A DNA stretch of 35,267 nucleotides from Candidatus Tectimicrobiota bacterium (GTDB taxonomy: Bacteria; JACPSX01). Shown here one piece after another: positions 19,769-29,266 of this stretch (positions are counted from its first letter, which is position 1; each line of letters begins with the position of its first letter). The stretch lies in NCBI GenBank assembly GCA_016193065.1, contig JACPSX010000104.1, positions 1-35,267 on the forward strand, given 5' to 3'. The translations under genes and the position numbers were made by a program. The notes under the pieces were generated by a model that was not told the DNA's origin, did not search any database, and saw only the letters and a list, made by a program, of their open reading frames with translations.

Positions 19769-20064
19769 CGGGAAGGAAAGTGCCACAGAGAGCAGACCGC
19801 CCCGGTTGCGGCCGGGGCAAGGGTGAAACGGTGAGGTAAGAGCTCACCAGCCCCGGTGGTGACACCGGGGGCTTGGTAAACCCCACCCGGAGCAAGACCA
19901 AATAGGGAAGCGATCCAGGCCTTGGCCTGGAGAAGGGTTGCTCGCCCGGTGCTTTCGGGTTGGTCGCTTGATCCCGGCGGCAACGCCGGGACCAGATGAA
20001 TGGCCATCGTCCCGGCGGGGGTAACCCCTCCGGGGAACAGAACTCGGCTTACGGACTGCTTTGG
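19660..20064 (+). ncRNA. rnpB: RNase P RNA, bacterial type A
   Basis: Conserved GAGGAAAGTCCGAGCTCC, AGTGCCACAGA, GGTGAAACG, GGAGCAAG.CCAAATAG, ACAGAACTCGGCTTAC. P1 helix CCAAAGCAG (19660-19668) pairs with CTGCTTTGG (20056-20064). Confidence 0.97.
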
Positions 20065-20135
20065 ACCCGTTTCCCGGTTTATCCCCAAGACATTAAAAAA
20101 ATTTCAGTTTTCCGGCCGATCCCGCCTTTTTTCCC

Positions 20136-20165
20136 TTGACAGCTTTCCCGTTTCTATATTATTAG
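20136..20165 (+). promoter_or_regulatory. Probable dcw (mraZ) promoter
   Basis: Perfect TTGACA at 20136-20141, an AT-rich -10 zone (CTATATTATTAG) and an upstream A/T tract. The best -10 hexamer has non-ideal spacing (15 or 18 nt). Confidence 0.55.
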
Positions 20166-20173
20166 CTGGTTAC

Positions 20174-20198
20174 GTGGTGGAAAGTGGGAAAAGGTGGG
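20174..20198 (+). promoter_or_regulatory. MraZ-binding direct repeats (DCW boxes)
   Basis: GTGG at 20174, 20184 and 20194 (exact 10-nt period, A-rich spacers) directly upstream of mraZ, matching the known MraZ operator architecture. Confidence 0.85.
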
Positions 20199-20204
20199 AC
20201 AAAG

Positions 20205-20645
20205 GTGTTTCTCGGCGCCCATTATCTCAGCATCGATGAAAAAGGGCGGGTTAGTGTCCCCGCCAAGTTCCGCGAGATTCTCATCACCGAGTACAAGAAC
20301 CATCTGATCCTGTCCAGCTTCGATAATTGCCTGGTCCTCTACCCCGGCAAAGAATGGTTGGGGATCGTCGCGCAGGCCAGGGAGCACGCGGCCACCTTGA
20401 AAGGCATGCGCCGGGTGCTGCGCCGGTTTTACGCCATGGCGACCGAGTGCTCCCTGGACAAACAAGGGCGATTGCTCCTGTCCCCGACCCAGAGGGAGTA
20501 CGCGGACATCAAGGATCAGGTGGTGGTCGTGGGCTGCGACAATAAAATCGAGATCTGGAGTAGGGAGCGCTGGGGCGAGTTTGAGATCGAGTCCAAAAAA
20601 GAGGTTGATGAGATGGCCGACAAGCTCTCGGAGGTCGGCTTCTAG
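20205..20645 (+). CDS. mraZ: Transcriptional regulator MraZ
   Basis: GTG20205 gives MFLG....IDEKGRVSVPAKFR, second repeat LDKQGRLLL, IEIW. Confidence 0.96.
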   Translation: MFLGAHYLSIDEKGRVSVPAKFREILITEYKNHLILSSFDNCLVLYPGKEWLGIVAQAREHAATLKGMRRVLRRFYAMATECSLDKQGRLLLSPTQREYADIKDQVVVVGCDNKIEIWSRERWGEFEIESKKEVDEMADKLSEVGF

Positions 20646-20810
20646 TGCCGTTTCCACTCAGTAGGCCCGAGGTGCTGCGGAGAGTGGAGTCGAACAGGGG
20701 CGGAGGATCCATGGAGAAAGGGTCTGACCGCTGTGCACTGAAAAATGTCGGAACGGCACTGGCGGGAGGAAAGATCCGAACCCCCGGTTTTCAGGGAGGG
20801 GAGTGCAGGT

Positions 20811-21667
20811 ATGACCCATCAGCCCGTCCTCCTTCGGGAAGTGCTGGAGTGGCTGGCTCCCGGGTCGACGGGGATCTACGTGGACGGGACCGTGGGGGAA
20901 GGAGGTCATGCCGAAGCACTCCTGCGGGCCAGCGAGCCCGCCGGGATTGTGGTGGGGATCGACCGGGATATGGAGGCCCTCGAGGTGTCCCGGCAACGAC
21001 TGGCCCCCTTTGGGGATCGGATCCACCTCGTGCACGGAAATTTTCGAGATCTTTCCGGGATTCTCTCCGCCCTGGGTATTCTCCGGGTGGATGGGATCCT
21101 TCTGGACCTCGGGGTCTCAAGCCGGCAGATCTTTAACCCTAGCCGGGGATTTAGTTTCTCAGTGGATGGGCCGCTGGACATGCGGATGGATCTCTCTCAG
21201 ACCAAAACGGCTGCGGATCTCCTCATGGAGGTTTCGGAGCGGGATCTGGTTCATCTCCTGCGCACCTACGGCGAGGAGCGCTGGGCCAGGCCCATTGCCC
21301 GTGCCATCATGAAAAAGCGACCCGTGCGACGTACTCTCGATCTGGCGCGCATCGTGGCTGGGGCCATTCCCCCCCGCTTTCAATCCAGCCGGCGTCATCC
21401 GGCCACCAAGACCTTTCAGGCTTTACGGATTGCTGTCAACAAGGAATTGGAGGGTCTCGATGAAGGCTTGCGGAACGCCACAGCCCTGTTGGCTCCTGGT
21501 GCCGTTCTGGCCGCGATCACCTTCCACTCCCTGGAGGACCGCATTGTCAAAAACACCCTGCGTGAGATGGAAAGGGGTTGCATCTCACTCCCTCTCTCCA
21601 GGAAAGGCAGGAAAATCCCAGGAGCCGCAGCGCCAAGCTGCGCGCCGCCCGGAGGCTGCACATATGA
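20811..21667 (+). CDS. rsmH: 16S rRNA m4C1402 methyltransferase RsmH (MraW), with frameshift/deletion at ~21585
   Basis: H.PVLL.E, DGT.G.GGH, DLGVSS.Q, GPLDMRMD, HPATKTFQALRI.VN.EL, ITFHSLEDRIVK. The conserved C-terminus (PS..E...NPRSRSAKLRAA) lies in the -1 frame and ends at TGA21667. Confidence 0.9.
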
Positions 21668-22101
21668 ACGGGTTCCGATCCCAACCTTACCGGCTTGCCG
21701 ACTTTTCCCTGGCCCCGGACGTCCCCTTTGGATCCGAGAGGCAGGAGGCGGGGGAGGAACGTGCCAGGGTTCGCTTCCGTCTCACCTCCAACGCCTGCTA
21801 CGGCATCGCATTGACCTTCCTGCTGGTGGGCGTATTGATCTATTTGTGGCCCCGTCTCCAGATGGTGAAGCAGGTCTACCACTACCAGGCTCTGCAGAGT
21901 CAGTACAAGACCCTGAGCGAGGAGCAACGCCGCCTCAAGATCGATCTGGGGACTTTGCAGTCCCTCAGCCGGATCGACCGGGTGGCGCGGGAACAGTTCG
22001 GCATGGTCCTTCCTGAACCCTCGCAGTTCGTCCTGGTTCCTCTCTCACCCCGGGAATCCAGCAGAGGGGAAGACCCTGGTGTACAGAATTCGCGGCACTG
22101 A
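21664..22101 (+). CDS. ftsL: Cell division protein FtsL
   Basis: ATG21664 overlaps the true rsmH stop (ATGA). One TM helix, a coiled coil, L.S.SRI...AREQFGM..P; located between rsmH and ftsI. Confidence 0.85.
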   Translation: MNGFRSQPYRLADFSLAPDVPFGSERQEAGEERARVRFRLTSNACYGIALTFLLVGVLIYLWPRLQMVKQVYHYQALQSQYKTLSEEQRRLKIDLGTLQSLSRIDRVAREQFGMVLPEPSQFVLVPLSPRESSRGEDPGVQNSRH

Positions 22102-23854
22102 GTTTCGGGAGAGCCGAAAGTGGCGGGCCCTCGCCGTCATGGCCGGAGTTCTGGTTGCGTTTCCCCTCCTTCTCGGTCGCCTCTTCTATTTGCAAATTGT
22201 CAGCGCCAAGGAGTTGGCCAGGCTTGCCGAACGGCAGCAGCAGCGTCTTATTTTAGTGCAGAGCCGGCGGGGCTCCATCTACGATCGCAGGATGAAAGAG
22301 CTGGCCGTGAGCGTACGTTCTTACTCTCTCTTCGGGCGTCCCCGCGAAGTGGAAAATTCCAAACAGGTTTCCTCCCGGTTGCATCGGGTCTTGGGCTTGG
22401 CGGAGCCGGAAATTCGAAAAAAACTCCAGGATGAAAAAAACTTTGTCTGGATCAAGCGGCAGATGGATCCGGATGAAGCCAGGCAGGTCCAATCCCTGGG
22501 AGCAACGGGACTCGGTTTTATTCCAGAGGACAGGCGGTTATACCCGCGGGGGCAACTGGCGGGTCAGGTTCTGGGGTTTGTGGGGGTGGATGGGCACGGT
22601 CTCGAGGGGGTCGAGTTCCAGTTTGACCAGTTCCTGCGGGGCAAGGCGAAAAAGGAGCTCGTGCAGAGGGACGCGTTGGGCAGGCTCCTCGCCGATCCGG
22701 TGAACGAGGGCCCCGAAGCTTCCTACGACCTGGTTTTGAACCTGGACGAGGTGATCCAATTTATTGCCGAAAAAGAGCTCCGGGCCAAGGTGATGGAGAC
22801 CGGCGCCCGGGGGGGAGCCGCCCTCCTGATGAATCCCCTCACAGGGGAAATCCTGGCCATGGCCCAGATGCCTCCTCTCAACCCGAACCAATTTCGGGGT
22901 CCGGGTCGGCTCTGGCGAAACCGGGTCATTTCCGATAGCTATGAACCGGGCTCCACCTTCAAAGTAGTCGTCATCGCTGCGGCCCTGGAGGAGGGTCTGG
23001 TGACTCCTCAAAGCCGCTTTTTCGGCGAGAATGGGGAGATCTCCATCGCGGGTAAGACGATCCGGGATCACGAGAAATACGGCTGGCTCAGCGTGGAGCA
23101 GATTGTAGCCCAGTCCAGCAACGTGGGGGCCATCAAAGTGGCCCAGAAGCTCGACCGGACCAAGTTGTACGAATACATCCGGCGCTTTGGCTTCGGGAGA
23201 AAAACGGGGGTGGACCTGCCGGGAGAGGCCTCCGGCCTCGTCCGCCCGGTGAGTGAATGGTCTGAGGTTTCGCTGGGGGCCGTAGCGATTGGCCAGGAAA
23301 TCTCCGTGACCCCCTTGCAGATGGTCAGGGCCGTGGCGGCAATTGCCAACGGTGGAATCCTCCTGCCCCCGTATGTCGTGCGGGAAATGCAGCGGGATGG
23401 GGAAGGGAGAACTGCGGCGAGGCCCCCGGCCGGGCTGCGGATTCTCTCCGAGAAGACGAGCCGGCAGATGGTTTCCATGTTGAGAAACGTGGTCCGGGAG
23501 GGAACCGGGAGGCAGGCAGCCGTCGAAGGATTTGAAGTGGCGGGCAAGACGGGGACGGCACAGAAGTTCGACCCGGAGATGGGGTCCTACTCCCACTCAC
23601 AGTTTGTCGCCTCGTTTGTGGGCTTCGTCCCTGCCGAGCGGCCTCTTCTGGTGGGACTTGTGATCATTGATGAGCCGAAAGGAGACTACTGGGGAGGAAG
23701 CGTGGCCGCCCCCGTGTTCGGCAAGATCGCGGCCCAGGTGTTGCGCTACCTGCGGGTCTCCTCTCCCCTGGCGGTCCTGCACCGGGTTGATGATTCCCCG
23801 GGGGGCCAAGTTTCCCATGAGGAACGGGACCAGGAGGGGAGTCAGGGGGGATGA
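22079..23854 (+). CDS. ftsI: Peptidoglycan D,D-transpeptidase FtsI (PBP3)
   Basis: RG.IYDR, R.YP.G, GLEGVE, EPGSTFK (SxxK), SSNVG (SxN), GKTGTAQK (KTG). Confidence 0.96.
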   Translation: MYRIRGTEFRESRKWRALAVMAGVLVAFPLLLGRLFYLQIVSAKELARLAERQQQRLILVQSRRGSIYDRRMKELAVSVRSYSLFGRPREVENSKQVSSRLHRVLGLAEPEIRKKLQDEKNFVWIKRQMDPDEARQVQSLGATGLGFIPEDRRLYPRGQLAGQVLGFVGVDGHGLEGVEFQFDQFLRGKAKKELVQRDALGRLLADPVNEGPEASYDLVLNLDEVIQFIAEKELRAKVMETGARGGAALLMNPLTGEILAMAQMPPLNPNQFRGPGRLWRNRVISDSYEPGSTFKVVVIAAALEEGLVTPQSRFFGENGEISIAGKTIRDHEKYGWLSVEQIVAQSSNVGAIKVAQKLDRTKLYEYIRRFGFGRKTGVDLPGEASGLVRPVSEWSEVSLGAVAIGQEISVTPLQMVRAVAAIANGGILLPPYVVREMQRDGEGRTAARPPAGLRILSEKTSRQMVSMLRNVVREGTGRQAAVEGFEVAGKTGTAQKFDPEMGSYSHSQFVASFVGFVPAERPLLVGLVIIDEPKGDYWGGSVAAPVFGKIAAQVLRYLRVSSPLAVLHRVDDSPGGQVSHEERDQEGSQGG

Positions 23855-25374
23855 GACTGACTGATCTCCTGGCCGGACTGGATGGATGTCACGTGGAGGG
23901 GAGCCTGCAATGCGAGATTCCCCTGGTGACGGACGATTCCCGGCAGGTGATACCCGGCTCTCTTTTTGTGGCTCTCAAGGGGACCCGTGCGGATGGGCGC
24001 GCCTACGTGCGGGAGGCGCTGGCCCGGGGAGCGGCGGCGGTGGTCCTGGAAAACCAGAAGGAGCAAGGGAGTATGCCGGTCTTGCCGGGATCGGTGACTC
24101 GCATCTTGGTGCCCAACTCCCACCGGGCTCTCGGGCATGTGGCCGACGCCTTCTGGCACCACCCGAGCCGCCGGGTTAAACTGATCGGGATCACGGGAAC
24201 CAACGGGAAAACGACCACGGCCTTCCTGGTGGAGTCGATTCTCAAGACGTATGGGAAGAGAACGGGAATGATTGGAACCGTGCGCTGGGGCTTCGACTCG
24301 AACTGGCAGCCGGCTCCGCAGACGACTCCGGGCGCCGTCGAGATTCAAAGCCGCCTCGACGAGATGGCCAAGGGCGGTGTGGAGTTCTGCGTCATGGAAG
24401 TCTCCTCCCACGCCCTGGCCCAGGACCGGGTCTGGGGGTGCCGCTTTGAGGTGGCGATCTTCACCAACCTGAGCCAGGACCATCTCGACTTTCATCACAC
24501 CATGGAGAGTTATTTTGACGCCAAGGCGCTTCTGTTCACGGAATATCCCATCGGGGGGGCCGTGATTAACCGGGATGATCCTTGGGGAGGGAAGTTGTTG
24601 GGGATGTGCCGGGCTCCCCGGCTGTCCTACAGCGCGGAAGAAGCCGGGGATCTGGTGGTGCGGGATCCACGCCTCTCCATGGAGGGGTTGTCGGGGGTCC
24701 TCTGTACGCCCTGCGGGGAACATCCTGTGTCTGCCCGCTTGCTCGGCAAACATAACCGGATGAACATTCTTGCCGCCGCAGGGGCTTGCCACTTTCTGGG
24801 CCTCGATCTGCCGACCATCGCCCGCGGCATTGCGGACTTGGACGGCGTGCCGGGGCGGTTTGAAAAAGTCGACGAGGGTCAAGACTTCGGCGTTATGGTG
24901 GACTATGCCCACACCGATGATGCTCTCAGGAACCTGCTGACCACCGCCCGGGAACTCAACCCGCGCCGGCTTGTCGTTCTCTTTGGCTGTGGTGGAGACC
25001 GGGATAAAGGCAAGCGCCCCTTAATGGGAGATGTCGCTGCCAGGCTTGCCGATTTCGTCGTCCTTACTTCCGACAACCCCAGGAGCGAGGATCCCGAAGT
25101 GATTCTCGGGGAAATTGAGGTCGGGGTCGAAAGAGCCCCGGTTCGGGTCCCCTACCTCAGAATCCCAGATCGGCGGGAGGCCATCGCCCGGGCCATCTCC
25201 GAAGCGTCGGCGGGAGACTTGGTCGTGATTGCCGGGAAGGGGCATGAAACCGAGCAAATTGTGGGCAGCCGGCGCTATCCGTTTGATGACCGGCAGGTGG
25301 CTCGAGAGTTTCTGAGGAGGCGGCTAGGGACAGGAGCAGGACTGAAACGGCAGGGGAAGCAGGGAGATGATTGA
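23851..25374 (+). CDS. murE: UDP-MurNAc-L-Ala-D-Glu--meso-diaminopimelate ligase
   Basis: GITGTNGKTT, MEVSSH, FTNLSQDHLDFH, VDYAHT.D, FGCGGDRD, DNPR (meso-DAP specificity motif), AGKGHE. Confidence 0.97.
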   Translation: MRLTDLLAGLDGCHVEGSLQCEIPLVTDDSRQVIPGSLFVALKGTRADGRAYVREALARGAAAVVLENQKEQGSMPVLPGSVTRILVPNSHRALGHVADAFWHHPSRRVKLIGITGTNGKTTTAFLVESILKTYGKRTGMIGTVRWGFDSNWQPAPQTTPGAVEIQSRLDEMAKGGVEFCVMEVSSHALAQDRVWGCRFEVAIFTNLSQDHLDFHHTMESYFDAKALLFTEYPIGGAVINRDDPWGGKLLGMCRAPRLSYSAEEAGDLVVRDPRLSMEGLSGVLCTPCGEHPVSARLLGKHNRMNILAAAGACHFLGLDLPTIARGIADLDGVPGRFEKVDEGQDFGVMVDYAHTDDALRNLLTTARELNPRRLVVLFGCGGDRDKGKRPLMGDVAARLADFVVLTSDNPRSEDPEVILGEIEVGVERAPVRVPYLRIPDRREAIARAISEASAGDLVVIAGKGHETEQIVGSRRYPFDDRQVAREFLRRRLGTGAGLKRQGKQGDD

Positions 25375-26770
25375 GATCAGCCTCGCGGAGGTCCAGCAGC
25401 TCCTCCAGGCCAGGCTTCTGGGCGGGAAACTGACCGGTACGATCCGGGGAGTTTCCACGGATTCGCGCACGGTCAAGGCCGGCAACTTGTTTGTGGCCCT
25501 TTCCGGGGCGCGCTATGACGGTCACGAATTTCTTGGCACGGCTTTCGAGCGAGGAGCCAGCGGGGCTGTGGTGAGCCGGGAGGTTTCCGTTGCGATGGAA
25601 TCCGAAGGCAGCAGTCCTGCGGTCCTTCTGGTCAAGGATACCCTGGTTTCTCTTCAGGCCCTGGCCCGGGCCTGGCGGGAGCGAGTTGGATTACCCGTGC
25701 TGGCCATCACGGGGAGTAACGGCAAGACCACCACCAAGGAAATGACCTCGACGGTGCTGGCGAGCCGCTTCCGGGTGCTGAAAACCTCGGGAAACTACAA
25801 CAACCAGATCGGACTTCCCCTGACCCTCCTGGATCTGTCTGCCGAGCATCAGGTCGCGGTTGTGGAAATGGGAACCAGCGCTCTGGGAGAGATTCACCGT
25901 CTGTGTGAGATTGCCCTGCCTGATGTGGGGATCCTTACGAACATCAGCGGCGCCCACCTGGAATTTCTCAAATCTCTGCGCGGAGTGCAGCAGGCCAAAG
26001 CCGAGCTCCTCGATCATTTGGGCCCGCACGGAGTGGCCATCCTCAACCGGGACGACCCTCTGGTGATGGAGGTGGCAGGACGGGTGAAGGGAAGGGTGAT
26101 GACCTTTGGGTTCGATCCCGAGGCGCACGTGAGCGCCCTGCAGGTCAAAGATCGGGGAATCGAGGGGAGTGAGTTCATCCTGAAAACCCGCGCCGGCGCG
26201 TGCCCGGCCCGCCTGAACATTCCGGGGCTTCACAACCTCCACAATGCCCTGGCGGCGGTGGCGGCGGGCGAAGTCTTTCAGATTCCCCTGGAGGAGGCCG
26301 CCCGGGCCCTGGGCAGCGTCCGGTTCCCCGCCATGCGCATGCAGGTGAAAAGGCTGCCTGGAGGAATTACTCTGCTGAATGATGCCTACAATGCCAACCC
26401 TCGCTCTATGGAAGCCGCCCTGCGCACGCTGGCCGCGAGCCGGCAAGGGGGAAAGCTCTACTTCGTGGCCGGGGACATGAGAGAACTGGGAGAGGATTCG
26501 GAAACCTATCACCGCCAGGTGGGCCGCCTGGCAGCCGATCTGGGGATCGATGTCCTGGTGGGGATCGGGGACCAGATCCGTTGGACTCTGGAAGAAGCCG
26601 GGACGCGGGGCCGGGGGAAGGTGGCTGTGCACCACTGCGATCATGAAGCGGCAGCCCGGCTTTTGCAGGGCCAGCTCCGCCCGGGGGACACGGTGCTCAT
26701 CAAAGGCTCCCGGGGGATGGCCATGGAAAAGGTTAGCGAGTTCATGGGAATCGGCGGGGAGGAACACTGA
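25367..26770 (+). CDS. murF: UDP-MurNAc-tripeptide--D-Ala-D-Ala ligase
   Basis: STDSR, ITGSNGKTTTKEM, NYNNQIGLPLT, NDAYNANP.SM, GDM.ELG, KGSRGM. Confidence 0.97.
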   Translation: MIEISLAEVQQLLQARLLGGKLTGTIRGVSTDSRTVKAGNLFVALSGARYDGHEFLGTAFERGASGAVVSREVSVAMESEGSSPAVLLVKDTLVSLQALARAWRERVGLPVLAITGSNGKTTTKEMTSTVLASRFRVLKTSGNYNNQIGLPLTLLDLSAEHQVAVVEMGTSALGEIHRLCEIALPDVGILTNISGAHLEFLKSLRGVQQAKAELLDHLGPHGVAILNRDDPLVMEVAGRVKGRVMTFGFDPEAHVSALQVKDRGIEGSEFILKTRAGACPARLNIPGLHNLHNALAAVAAGEVFQIPLEEAARALGSVRFPAMRMQVKRLPGGITLLNDAYNANPRSMEAALRTLAASRQGGKLYFVAGDMRELGEDSETYHRQVGRLAADLGIDVLVGIGDQIRWTLEEAGTRGRGKVAVHHCDHEAAARLLQGQLRPGDTVLIKGSRGMAMEKVSEFMGIGGEEH

Positions 26771-27855
26771 TGCTGTACCTTCTCCTTTACCCCTTCCGGG
26801 ACGTGATCACTGCGTTTAACGTTTTCCGCTACATCACCTTCCGCACGGCCTATGCGATCATCACGGCGCTCGTGATCAGCTTCATCGTGGGTCCCTGGCT
26901 CATCGCGGAGCTGCGCCGCCGTCAGATTGGACAAACAATTCGTGAGGAAGGCCCCCGCTCCCACTTCTCCAAAGCGGGAACTCCCACCATGGGGGGCCTC
27001 CTCATCCTTATTGCCCTCACCTTGCCCACTTTGTTGTGGGCGGACCTGACCAACCGCTACATTTGGCTCATCCTGTTTTCCACCCTGGGGTTTGGTGCCA
27101 TCGGCTTCCTGGACGACTACTTGAAGATTTCCCGGCACAGCTCCCGGGGGCTTCGAGCCCCGTACAAGTTCGGAGCTCAAGTCCTGGTGGGTCTCCTGGT
27201 TGCCCTAGCCCTCTACTTTCAGGACGGCGGTTTCTTCATCGCCACCCGGGTGACCATCCCCTTCTTCAAGCGGGTGCTCCCGGATCTGGGCTGGTTCTAC
27301 ATCCCCTTCGTCATGCTGGTGATCGTCGGCGCATCGAACGCGGTGAACTTGACCGACGGCCTGGACGGCCTGGCCATCGGGCCCGTCATCATCGCCACGG
27401 TCTCCTATCTCATCATTGCCTACGCCGTCGGACACGCCGGATTTGCCGAATATCTGAACCTGCCCTTCATCGGCGGGGCCGGAGAGCTGGCTGTCTTTGC
27501 AGGGTCCGTGATTGGAGCCAGTCTGGGCTTCCTGTGGTTTAACGCGTATCCCGCCCAGATGTTCATGGGGGATGTGGGAGCCCTGGCCCTGGGAGCGGCC
27601 CTGGGGACCATGGCGGTCATTACCAAGCACGAACTTCTGCTGGTGGTGATTGGCGGCATTTTCGTCATTGAGACCGTCTCGGTCATCGTGCAGGTCGTCT
27701 CCTTCCAGACCACCGGGAAGCGGGTTTTCCGCATGGCTCCCATTCATCATCATTTTGAGCAGAAGGGGTGGGAGGAAAATAAGGTCGTGATCCGCTTCTG
27801 GATAGTGGCCATATTGCTGGCTCTGTTGAGCTTGAGTACCTTGAAGTTGAGGTGA
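26770..27855 (+). CDS. mraY: Phospho-MurNAc-pentapeptide transferase
   Basis: K.GTPTMGG, GFLDDY.K, NAVNLTDGLDGLA, FMGDVG, FRMAPIHHHFE; multiple TM helices. Confidence 0.98.
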   Translation: MLYLLLYPFRDVITAFNVFRYITFRTAYAIITALVISFIVGPWLIAELRRRQIGQTIREEGPRSHFSKAGTPTMGGLLILIALTLPTLLWADLTNRYIWLILFSTLGFGAIGFLDDYLKISRHSSRGLRAPYKFGAQVLVGLLVALALYFQDGGFFIATRVTIPFFKRVLPDLGWFYIPFVMLVIVGASNAVNLTDGLDGLAIGPVIIATVSYLIIAYAVGHAGFAEYLNLPFIGGAGELAVFAGSVIGASLGFLWFNAYPAQMFMGDVGALALGAALGTMAVITKHELLLVVIGGIFVIETVSVIVQVVSFQTTGKRVFRMAPIHHHFEQKGWEENKVVIRFWIVAILLALLSLSTLKLR

Positions 27856-27865
27856 GGCGCTGCCG

Positions 27866-29266
27866 GTGATGCTGTGCCGAATGGCGGGAGGAGAGTTGGC
27901 AAAGGCGTTTGAAGATCTGAAGGATCAGCCTGTCACCGTCGTTGGGGCGGCACGCACGGGAATTGCGGCGGCCCGGCTTTTGGCCGGCAGGAGAGCCCGG
28001 GTGACCCTTACGGACGCGCGCTCCATGGCCGACCTGGAATGGGACGCGGAGGTTTTGCGCCAGCTCGCCGGCGTCAGGCTGGAACTGGGCGGTCATCACC
28101 GGGAGACCTTCCTGGAGTCCAGGCTGCTGGTGGTGAGTCCGGGAGTTCCCGATGACCAGGAATTGCTCGTGGCAGCTCGCCTTCAGGGGATCCCGGTCGT
28201 CGACGAGAACGAGATGGTCTATCACCTGACGGGAATGCCCATTGTGGCGGTTACGGGAACCAACGGCAAGAGCACGACCACGACCCTGGTGGGGGAGATC
28301 TTGAAGAAATCGAGCCTCAAGCCGTTCGTGGGCGGCAATCTGGGCACCCCTCTCAGCCAGGCTCTCCTGGACCCGGATGCGTACCGGATCCTGGTGGCCG
28401 AGGTGAGCAGCTTCCAGTTGGAGAGGACTTTCGACTTCCGTCCCTGGATCGCCGTGGTGACCAACCTGGCGCCTGACCACCTCGATCGTCATCCCGATCT
28501 GGAAACCTACGCCCGCTGCAAAAAGAAGATCTTCGCACGGCAGGAAGCGGAAGATTTCCTGGTCGTGAACGGGGATGATCCCGAGGTGTGTAGCTGGCAA
28601 GGCCGCAGTAAAGTCTTTCGATTCAGCCGCAGCCCCCTGGCGGAGGGAGTGTGGGTTCAGGGGGGGCGGATCGAAGCCTTGCTCCCCACGTTTCGAGGCG
28701 CACTGATGCCGCTCAGTGAGGTTGCCCTGGAGGGTGTTCACAACCTGGAAAACGTCCTGGCGGCAAGCGCCGCAGCCCTCCTGTGCGGCGCCTCCCCAGA
28801 GGCGGTGCGCGCCGCTGTGGCGGGCGCCAAGGGGCTGGAACACCGCATGGAGTTCGTGCGGCAGGTCCACGGGGTACGCTACATCAACGATTCGAAGGGG
28901 ACCAACGTGGGGGCTACGGTGAAGTCCCTGGAGAGCTTTTCCTGCCCCGTCCACCTCATCGCCGGTGGCAAAGGGAAGGGGACCGATTTTCGTCCTCTGG
29001 GACCCCTGGTGGCGAAAGTGGTCAAGACCCTGATTCTGATCGGTCAGGCGGCTGACGCGATGGCTGAGGCGCTGGGAGGTCTCACGGAAACGTGCCGGGC
29101 TCGCGACCTAAAGGAGGCTGTGGCGCTGGCGGCTGCCCGGTCCCGTCCCGGGGAGGTCGTTCTTCTCTCCCCCGCCTGCGCCAGCTTCGATATGTTCCGG
29201 AACTTCGAAGAGAGGGGAAAGGCGTTCAAGGAAGCAGTCATCGCCCTGCCGTGGGAGGATCTCTAG
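27866..29266 (+). CDS. murD: UDP-MurNAc-L-Ala--D-glutamate ligase
   Basis: VVSPGVP, VTGTNGKSTTT, EVSSFQLE, PDHLDRH, NDSKGTN, LSPACASFDMF. Start uncertain (27866, 27881 or 27896). Confidence 0.96.
   Translation: MMLCRMAGGELAKAFEDLKDQPVTVVGAARTGIAAARLLAGRRARVTLTDARSMADLEWDAEVLRQLAGVRLELGGHHRETFLESRLLVVSPGVPDDQELLVAARLQGIPVVDENEMVYHLTGMPIVAVTGTNGKSTTTTLVGEILKKSSLKPFVGGNLGTPLSQALLDPDAYRILVAEVSSFQLERTFDFRPWIAVVTNLAPDHLDRHPDLETYARCKKKIFARQEAEDFLVVNGDDPEVCSWQGRSKVFRFSRSPLAEGVWVQGGRIEALLPTFRGALMPLSEVALEGVHNLENVLAASAAALLCGASPEAVRAAVAGAKGLEHRMEFVRQVHGVRYINDSKGTNVGATVKSLESFSCPVHLIAGGKGKGTDFRPLGPLVAKVVKTLILIGQAADAMAEALGGLTETCRARDLKEAVALAAARSRPGEVVLLSPACASFDMFRNFEERGKAFKEAVIALPWEDL

Noticed and set aside
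20174..20207. Periodic GTGG repeats as a novel repeat or mini-CRISPR
   Set aside because: Explained by the known MraZ operator; far too short for a CRISPR array, and no cas genes are present.
19562..20239. ORFs on both strands over the rnpB region
   Set aside because: They are by-products of the GC-rich structured RNA, with no protein-like features.
20645..21136. 163-aa ORF starting at the mraZ stop
   Set aside because: It overlaps rsmH out of frame and has low-complexity G/R/P composition with no recognisable domain.
20745..22016. 423-aa 'extended RsmH' in the ORF track
   Set aside because: The N-terminal extension precedes the real ATG20811, and the C-terminal tail is out-of-frame read-through over ftsL caused by the break at ~21585.
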